Of a DNA stretch of 64,000 nucleotides, positions 57,523-64,000 are shown piece by piece. Source of the DNA: a bacterium (GTDB lineage Bacteria > Hinthialibacterota > Hinthialibacteria > Hinthialibacterales > Hinthialibacteraceae); the NCBI GenBank assembly GCA_963662285.2, contig CAXXMV010000006.1, positions 224,001 through 288,000 of the forward strand, written 5' to 3'. Position numbers and translations under genes: made by a program. The notes under the pieces are model-generated. The model saw nothing but the letters and a program-made list of their open reading frames with translations, made no database searches and was not told the origin of the DNA. Within the stretch, counting starts at the first letter, position 1, and every line of letters begins with the position of its first letter.

Positions 57523-58573
57523 TCACAATAATCAGGAAAACAACCAGGATGGTTTTTCCATCATTATCCCGGTCTACAACGGTGAGGAGACGTTGCCCGA
57601 TACGCTGCGCAGCGTAAGCGGTCTGGATTATGAGCGCTATGAACTGATTGTGGTTGATGATGGTTCTACCGATGACAGCGCCGCTATCGCCCGTTCTCAC
57701 GGCGCCAAGGTGGTTTGCCTGGGCGACAACGCCGGACCGGCCAATGCGCGTAATCAGGGCGCCAAGCACGCAGTTTATGATAAACTGCTTTTTACCGATA
57801 GCGATGTCCTGGTTCCCAAGATGTTATTGCAGCAATTGGATGAACAGTTCCGCTTGAGTAAAGCGGATGCGGTTCAGGGAACTTTTTCGGAGGTTTGCCC
57901 CTTCGCCAACTATTTCTCGCAATACAAAAATCTCTATAACCGTTTCGTACTCAATCAATTGCCCGATTGGATCGATACAACTTTTACTTCGATTACCGCC
58001 GTGCGCTGCGAGGCTTTTATGGAATGCGGTGGTTTTGACGCCAATATCCGCACCGCATCGGTGGAAGACCGCACCTTGGGGCGGAATCTAGTGCAGAGTA
58101 ACTACCGCATTCGTCTGGATCGATCATTACAAGTTATCCATAACAAAAAACTGACGTGCCGGGGTTTTATCCGTAATCAGTTCCGACGTTCACGCGATCT
58201 GGCTAAATTATTACTTCGCAGCCGATCTGAAGCTGAAACCGAACTGACTGAAACGATTGACTTATCTACGGTTGATGAATCAGGCCGTTTCGGCACAAAT
58301 TCACTGTCGACTATGGTTCGCATACCTTTTGCTTACTCAATACTGGGATTGCTGGTTTTGGCGCCATTCGCTTCCGTCTTCGGGATTATGGCTGCCATAT
58401 TCTTTTTAGCTTTTATGGCCTTGATCTGGCGCTTTGAAAAAGAACTATTATTGCGCCGGGGAGTTAAATTTGCGTTGTCGGGCATTATGGTTAATTTCAT
58501 GGATGCATTAGTAAGTGGAGTGGGCGTAGGGCTTGGAATGGTTGAATTTATCTGTTTTCGGCGTAAATATTGA
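57515..58573 (+). CDS. GT2 glycosyltransferase with C-terminal TM helices
   Basis: IIIPVYN, VDDGSTD, ARNQG, FTDSD, ED. Confidence 0.92.
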   Translation: MNNHNNQENNQDGFSIIIPVYNGEETLPDTLRSVSGLDYERYELIVVDDGSTDDSAAIARSHGAKVVCLGDNAGPANARNQGAKHAVYDKLLFTDSDVLVPKMLLQQLDEQFRLSKADAVQGTFSEVCPFANYFSQYKNLYNRFVLNQLPDWIDTTFTSITAVRCEAFMECGGFDANIRTASVEDRTLGRNLVQSNYRIRLDRSLQVIHNKKLTCRGFIRNQFRRSRDLAKLLLRSRSEAETELTETIDLSTVDESGRFGTNSLSTMVRIPFAYSILGLLVLAPFASVFGIMAAIFFLAFMALIWRFEKELLLRRGVKFALSGIMVNFMDALVSGVGVGLGMVEFICFRRKY

Positions 58574-58767
58574 AACAATAATTAATTTCAGTCGTAATAT
58601 ATAAGTAAATAAATAAAATCATGGGATTTATCGTCTATCAATGATGTAATGCTTGATTTAAAGATATCCGGCTTGTTTTTTATTGGTGGATCGACCAAAA
58701 TTAATAGTCAAAATATATGATAAATAATAAAAGATTAAGATAAAAATGATAAAAGTGAGGGAAATTC

Positions 58768-59727
58768 ATGGAAAACGTTAACGAATCACAAGCCAATAAT
58801 GAGCCGACCAATGGCGCTGCTCAAGAAGCGCCGAAGGATGTTAAACCCAAAGGACCGCCCAAGCCTGAGGTGATAATTATACGCATGTGGCCCAAGACGC
58901 CAACCTTGTATCCCATGGCTATTTTGGCGCTGATATGCGCACTGGTGGGAGTCTTCGTCGGCAGCGCACCGCATGTGAATGCGCTGCACAAAATTTATCA
59001 ACCTGCTGATCAGGCAGTGCAAGCCGATGTCAGCGGTGATCCAGTAGCAGCTATCGATAAGGTTGAAGCAGGCGTTGATGCCGCAATCAAGACGGTTAAT
59101 GAATTGGCGTCAGGCGTAGTCGATCAAGCTGTAGTATTGGAACAATCAGAAAAACTAGTAGATGGATTGTTTTGGGATCGCTTGTTAGGGGCCTTATTCT
59201 TGCTGGTTTTTGCTTTCTCTTTGTTTACTTTGAGCGTCGATCTGGAAGTTCGTTGGGCGCTAGTTAGTTTTGCTTCGCTGCTGATCGTATGCTTATTGTT
59301 GATACTGATTAATCAGCGCTATGAGTTTATGCCGGGAGTTTTTTCCAGCATCGCCTCGTTATCTCCCATGGCCAACCCCCAGTTTTATATGCTGATTTGC
59401 CTGATCTGGATAATATTAATGGTAATCAGCCTGTTTGTCGTACGTTTTCATTACGTGCGGGTTGAATCAAATGAGATATTGGTAGTGGGCGGATTGCTGG
59501 AGCGTCAGCAGCGCTTTCCAACCATGCGGATGCGGTATACCCGTGATATCCAGGATGTTTTTGAGTATTACTTACCTTTTGTACGTTCCGGACGCCTAAT
59601 CCTTTCCTTCGCAGAACAGAATGAATCAATCGTGATCGACAATGTTCTTAATATCGATAAGGTGACCAAACAACTGGATCAAATTAGCGGAGTAATGAAA
59701 GTAAAAGAGCAAAGTCAAGATAATTAA
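58768..59727 (+). CDS. hypothetical membrane protein with C-terminal PH-like soluble domain
   Basis: About four TM segments; C-terminal beta-rich domain. Confidence 0.65.
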   Translation: MENVNESQANNEPTNGAAQEAPKDVKPKGPPKPEVIIIRMWPKTPTLYPMAILALICALVGVFVGSAPHVNALHKIYQPADQAVQADVSGDPVAAIDKVEAGVDAAIKTVNELASGVVDQAVVLEQSEKLVDGLFWDRLLGALFLLVFAFSLFTLSVDLEVRWALVSFASLLIVCLLLILINQRYEFMPGVFSSIASLSPMANPQFYMLICLIWIILMVISLFVVRFHYVRVESNEILVVGGLLERQQRFPTMRMRYTRDIQDVFEYYLPFVRSGRLILSFAEQNESIVIDNVLNIDKVTKQLDQISGVMKVKEQSQDN

Positions 59728-59826
59728 GAAAAAACATCGTTGTCTGCATCCATCAGGTTTCACAGGCGTCGATGTGGAGATATAATCTCACTCATTGTTT
59801 TGTTAGTTAAATATGAAATTAAAAAT

Positions 59827-59900
59827 GCGCTCATAGCTCAATTGGATAGAGCATCTGCCTTCTAAGCAGAGGGTTGCAGGTTCAAGTCCTGCTGGGCGTA
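59827..59900 (+). tRNA. tRNA-Arg(TCT)
   Basis: GCGCTCA/TGGGCGT acceptor; TCTGC-CTTCTAA-GCAGA anticodon arm; GGTTCAAGTCC. Confidence 0.95.
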
Positions 59901-59950
59901 CTTTGATTTTACTTGAGTTACGATATACTCCTCAACTGTATTTTTTCCTA

Positions 59951-59971
59951 ATCGTGCAATGATCGTGCAAT
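59951..59971. promoter_or_regulatory. putative integrase arm-type binding sites
   Basis: ATCGTGCAAT twice in tandem, 1-bp spacer. Confidence 0.55.
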
Positions 59972-59972
59972 C

Positions 59973-61148
59973 TTACTGGTTCACTACCAATCTTGGACCC
60001 GGTAAAATGGTCGTATCCGTAGGGGCTTTCCAAGATGATATCTCTTTCTCAATGTACTTGATTACATTGTCCCTAAGCAACGGAATCAAACGCTCTTCAT
60101 TATCGCAGAAATAGTGTTTTCTGCGTACCGTGTTTGGAGCGTGTCCAACATAACGGTCAAGAAAGTATGAATCCCATCCTCCATCAATAGCAGATGTCTG
60201 AATCGTATTGCGAAAATCTTTGGGTTTTATTTCTGATTTTGGGTTCCATTCATCCAACACTCTTCTAAGCGCTTTTCCATATTGCTCGTTGTCCGAATAC
60301 ATGGACACTACCCCGTTTTTCCGAATAAGCCATGAAACCACTTTAGGAATGGGGATCTTTCGAATTCGATAATCATTCTTTACAACACCATCAATGATAA
60401 TCGTTCCTTCCTCTCCATTGAATTTATCTATTGTCAATCGTATTGCCTCGAGCATCTGAAGCCCTGCCAAACCTTGAAGAGCGACACCGATGATAAGACT
60501 GACAGGTTTATTGTTACGATCCATCCAGTCCATAAAATCAAGGATTTCATGAATAGGCATGTAAGGATTCCTGTTGCTCTTGTAGGTTTTCTTACTGACA
60601 TCTTTTTGAGATATTCTCAATGCTTGGCAGATATTTATGTAACGATTCGGCCAATTTGCTGCCATCCAAACAGATGTTCGTCGGATTGGTTGAAAATATA
60701 GCCTCACAGTATCATACGCGTATCCTTTATCGATAAGGTATTTTTTGTACTCAAGCATTTGCTCATACCGCAGTTCATGCCAGTAAGTTAACCCTTTATG
60801 ATCAACCCAATTGAGAAAATAACCACAATTAAATTCATCTTTCTTTCGGTTTTTATCCGTCCAAGTACGATCTTTCGCTGCTCGCAGCAAAGCATCGCTG
60901 ATTTGTATATGCTCGACAGTCTCGGATTGCCATGGGATATTAGCCGGTGTGGCTTGTTCCTCCAAGACATCGTTCGCGAGAGTCATGGCCTCATTCAAGT
61001 CTTTGGCATCAAACCGAATCCGGCGATACTTGCCGTTGGAATCTCTGCCGCTGACTTTCCACCGCCCCGGCTTTTCTTGATGGAGTGTGAACTTGTCTGT
61101 TTTGTATTTGTTTGCTTCGTTTTTCAAAGAACTCGGGTTCTTTATCAA
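59973..61148 (-). CDS. tyrosine recombinase/integrase (atypical active-site motifs)
   Basis: RBS GAAAGGAG before TTG 61148; GLQ..EA..L, VKN, KDFR, GH, HY. Confidence 0.8.
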   Translation of the reverse strand: MIKNPSSLKNEANKYKTDKFTLHQEKPGRWKVSGRDSNGKYRRIRFDAKDLNEAMTLANDVLEEQATPANIPWQSETVEHIQISDALLRAAKDRTWTDKNRKKDEFNCGYFLNWVDHKGLTYWHELRYEQMLEYKKYLIDKGYAYDTVRLYFQPIRRTSVWMAANWPNRYINICQALRISQKDVSKKTYKSNRNPYMPIHEILDFMDWMDRNNKPVSLIIGVALQGLAGLQMLEAIRLTIDKFNGEEGTIIIDGVVKNDYRIRKIPIPKVVSWLIRKNGVVSMYSDNEQYGKALRRVLDEWNPKSEIKPKDFRNTIQTSAIDGGWDSYFLDRYVGHAPNTVRRKHYFCDNEERLIPLLRDNVIKYIEKEISSWKAPTDTTILPGPRLVVNQ

Positions 61149-61365
61149 GGTGATTCTCCTTTCTGACCACCTTGCCCGTTCCACGTTGACGAGCAAGATG
61201 TTGACATAATATGGTTAAAGAGTCAATAACGTTCTGTCCCCAATACCCTTTTCCAGGCAGTCCAACCAATCCAAATTCCCGCAACGACTCCAACTTAACG
61301 AAACCGCGAAGGATTTCATTAAGTTCTTTGGAGTCGTATAGCGTATGAGGATCGATCTTTATCAT
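61009..61365 (-). CDS. putative excisionase-like small DNA-binding protein
   Basis: LYDSKEL..IL; position upstream of and overlapping the integrase start. Confidence 0.5.
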   Translation of the reverse strand: MIKIDPHTLYDSKELNEILRGFVKLESLREFGLVGLPGKGYWGQNVIDSLTILCQHLARQRGTGKVVRKENHLDKEPEFFEKRSKQIQNRQVHTPSRKAGAVESQRQRFQRQVSPDSV

Positions 61366-61386
61366 TATTGATTTCTTGAACCGTTG

Positions 61387-63333
61387 TTATTTCGCATCAG
61401 CCCAGTTATCCCCAACGTTTGCTTCTACTAATCCATTGGTTGCGGCATCCGGAAATATCTTCAACATACCGTCAATCATGGCTTTTTGGAGAATCTCTTT
61501 TGTCTGCTCTGAAACCTCTTTGGCCGCCTCTAATACTATTTCATCATGTATTACGTTGACCAATTTTACATCAATACCAGTTTCATTAAGCGAATGCTCT
61601 AATGCTGCCAGCGCAGCCAACATTATTTCAGCAGCACCGCCTTGAATAGGAGTGTTTAAGGCTTCTGTATACCTGTAACCCTTTGTTTCCTTACGAAAAT
61701 CTCTCACTCTCCCGCCTGGAGTAATTACCTTCATGTCTAATTCTGCTCTCTTGGCTGTCTTCTGCTGCCAATTTCGTAGATCGGGGTATGTGGAGAAAAA
61801 GGCTGTTCGTGCTTTCTCCGCCTCGCTTTCAGACATTTCAACACCGTAGTTAGCCCTTGCGTATGCGGCCAATCCTTTGGCTCCCTGACCATATAACAAC
61901 CCAAAGTTTACGGCTTTTGCTAACCGACGCTGTTCGTCAGAAACTTGTTCTATCGATAGTCCTGCGATGGCAGCCGCCGTTTTTCGATGCAAATCGATCT
62001 CCTGTGTATACGCCGCCAACATGTTTTGATCGTTAGAGACCAGAGCAGCGACGCGAAGTTCAATCTGGCTGTAATCGGCAACGACTAACACATGGTTCTG
62101 TGATGCACAAAACAGTGACCGGAATTCTTTGCCTCGTAAGGGGTTTTGAATATTTGGTTTTGAGCAGGACAAGCGTCCACTAACAGTTCCCCCTAATTTA
62201 AAATTAGCGTGAATTAAATTTGTTACTGGATTAATATATGTGGAGTATTTCTCTCCGTATGTTGAGATTTTTTTTGAGTATTCCTTATAGTTACGGAGAG
62301 GTTGAACTAAAGGTTGATTAGAAAATTGTGCTAAGGTCGCTGCATCGGTTTTTAATTGTCCAGAGTTAGTTTTGGGCCATTTCGCTGATGTCTCAACACC
62401 CAAATTTTTCAATAACCATTCAGAAACTTGTTTGGGACTTGCTAAATTAATTTCAGCGCCGACGATCATGCGTAAATCTGTTTCGGCGGTTTTTTGTTCG
62501 GTTGTCCATTGATTAAGAAGAAGGTTATGTGCCGCACTGTCGAATCCAATGCCATTGAGTTCCATTTTGGCGATGGAAGGCAATGCGTTCAGCATAAGCC
62601 GGTATACTTGATCCTTATTCTCATGCTTCAGTTTTGGGTTTTGTATGTGGTAGATTTTAAGCGCTACCACAGCATCCAACGCTGCATAAGCAATTTGTTC
62701 TGGCGTGAGTACTGCGGCTCCCCAGTCGGATGTTTGCAATTCTTTATCAATATCCCAATCTAATAGAGACCTGGCTAAATCCGAAAGTTTCGGTAATGCT
62801 CCAGCCAAGGCGTTGGTTTGAAGCATCGTGCAGTCGATGTTTTGAATATTGATCCCAGCGTGGATCAGATGTTTGATTTCAAATTTGGCATTATGGGCAA
62901 CCAGATTCAAATCCCATATTGGAGATAAAATGCTTATACCGCCTAACGCTTTCACATCGAAAACATATACAACGTCACCACCCCCATACAATTGAACCAA
63001 TCGGATTTCGGAGAGATGGGGTTCTAGTCCTGTTTGGGCGTGTTCTGCGTACTGCGCTAATTTGGAGGTTTCGATGTCGAAACCCATAAAGCCTTTATGT
63101 TCCACCAATTTTAAGACAGAATCATCCGCCGATTGCTTGTCCGTAATATACAGGATTTCAATATTATCATTAACTAAGAGTTTTGAGGCACTTAGTAAAC
63201 TTATAACATCGTGCGGGCTTATCGGAACTACTGTTTTATCAAGACAGTCTGGATTGAAAGAATCGCAAATTCGATCCTCTGAGAGTTCTTTATGCCTTCT
63301 TAATACATTGTTTGCTAGATCTTTTAGCGACAT
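61387..63333 (-). CDS. family-A DNA polymerase with 3'-5' exonuclease, no 5' nuclease
   Basis: FDIET, HNAKFE, YAALD; ADYSQIELR, R..AKAVNFG..YG, IHDE. Confidence 0.95.
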   Translation of the reverse strand: MSLKDLANNVLRRHKELSEDRICDSFNPDCLDKTVVPISPHDVISLLSASKLLVNDNIEILYITDKQSADDSVLKLVEHKGFMGFDIETSKLAQYAEHAQTGLEPHLSEIRLVQLYGGGDVVYVFDVKALGGISILSPIWDLNLVAHNAKFEIKHLIHAGINIQNIDCTMLQTNALAGALPKLSDLARSLLDWDIDKELQTSDWGAAVLTPEQIAYAALDAVVALKIYHIQNPKLKHENKDQVYRLMLNALPSIAKMELNGIGFDSAAHNLLLNQWTTEQKTAETDLRMIVGAEINLASPKQVSEWLLKNLGVETSAKWPKTNSGQLKTDAATLAQFSNQPLVQPLRNYKEYSKKISTYGEKYSTYINPVTNLIHANFKLGGTVSGRLSCSKPNIQNPLRGKEFRSLFCASQNHVLVVADYSQIELRVAALVSNDQNMLAAYTQEIDLHRKTAAAIAGLSIEQVSDEQRRLAKAVNFGLLYGQGAKGLAAYARANYGVEMSESEAEKARTAFFSTYPDLRNWQQKTAKRAELDMKVITPGGRVRDFRKETKGYRYTEALNTPIQGGAAEIMLAALAALEHSLNETGIDVKLVNVIHDEIVLEAAKEVSEQTKEILQKAMIDGMLKIFPDAATNGLVEANVGDNWADAK

Positions 63334-63351
63334 AGCATATTCTCCTTTATA

Positions 63352-63395
63352 GCGTTCACTTGTTCACGGCCCTATAGGTTTGTACAAATGAACGG
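63352..63395. other. putative replication origin/iteron cluster
   Basis: GTTCAC x2, CCTATAGG, TTTGTACAAA, inverted TGAAC. Confidence 0.4.
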
Positions 63396-63409
63396 GATTT
63401 GATGATGTT

Positions 63410-64000
63410 TTATGCTGCGATTTTTCCTTGAGCACGGGCTTCCTGGCACAACTTATTAACTTTACCAAGACTTATACCCAGTTCTTTGGATATCTCTCTC
63501 TGTGATTTGTCTTCTTGTAGTAATTCAATTATTGTTTCCATTTCACTCGGTCCCGCCTCTTTACGTGTCCATAAAATGGCGTTATCAACAACTGACATTT
63601 GGGCTTCAAATGGAACAATGTCATCCCCATGAAGATGCCGTGCTTTATCAAAATGGATTTCAAATCGGCATCCTTCTTCGGCTATATAGTCCGGAGGGTT
63701 ACGGAGGGATATGACTGTATCTAAGACATCTTCACGCTTTGATGTACCACGCTGATTTCCCGCTTTCCCCGCATGATGAACCATTAACATTGCGATTCCC
63801 TTGCGGCGTAAAGACAGAATCCACTCCTGAATAGGAGCCCAACTTTCTGCATCATTCTCAGCCCCTCGTCGGAAGAGAGTGCTCAAGTTATCGAGTATCA
63901 ATAGATTAATGCCCGCCAAGTTGTTTTCTATGACACGCTGACCTTCAGGAGAGGCTAAATCGGGGATACCGCATTCAAACATATCCGATGAGAGAATTTG
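63410..64000 (-). CDS. AAA_25/RepA-like SF4 helicase, C-terminal part with HTH (5' beyond window)
   Basis: LLILDNL, VHHAGK, QRGTS..ED..D, KAR; SQREISKELGIS. Confidence 0.88.
   Translation of the reverse strand, partial: QILSSDMFECGIPDLASPEGQRVIENNLAGINLLILDNLSTLFRRGAENDAESWAPIQEWILSLRRKGIAMLMVHHAGKAGNQRGTSKREDVLDTVISLRNPPDYIAEEGCRFEIHFDKARHLHGDDIVPFEAQMSVVDNAILWTRKEAGPSEMETIIELLQEDKSQREISKELGISLGKVNKLCQEARAQGKIAA

Larger units (their letters stand above)
59901..64000. mobile_element. integrative element at tRNA-Arg 3' end (continues past window)
   Basis: Integrase convergent on the tRNA; replication genes; tandem arm-type sites. Confidence 0.85.

Overview
64 kb bacterial chromosomal window of mostly moderate GC. 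The lineage is not determinable from sequence alone; the Tat-exported Gfo/Idh/MocA and TIM-barrel enzymes, the pilin-type gene and short aromatic C-terminal tails resemble poorly studied candidate phyla such as Hinthialibacterota/Sumerlaeota (weak inference). Main blocks: (1) housekeeping and carbohydrate genes (LarA family, Zn-dehydrogenase, Maf, argS, glycosyltransferases, GH172) and two tRNAs (Ala-CGC, Arg-TCT). (2) A strongly AT-rich three-gene island (7143-10534): an unknown acidic-linker protein, an HNH endonuclease and a modified ComM/YifB AAA+ ATPase. This is the best candidate for an undescribed defence or DNA-processing system. (3) A sigma54-controlled flagellar basal-body cluster (FlgN-like, kinase, enhancer-binding regulator, large TPR protein, flgBC, fliEFGHI) with a second FliE-like gene, a stand-alone mini-FliF and FliJ fused to a membrane-anchored domain. 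(4) An orphan receiver protein with a HEPN-like RxxxxH C-terminus. (5) The left arm of an integrative element at tRNA-Arg encoding an atypical tyrosine integrase, a family-A DNA polymerase and an AAA_25 helicase. (6) Dense non-autonomous repeats (several REP families, nested composites, IS630-like MITEs) that have modified two toxin-antitoxin loci. No CRISPR array, rRNA or transposase was seen. All family calls come from motif recognition by eye, not database searches.
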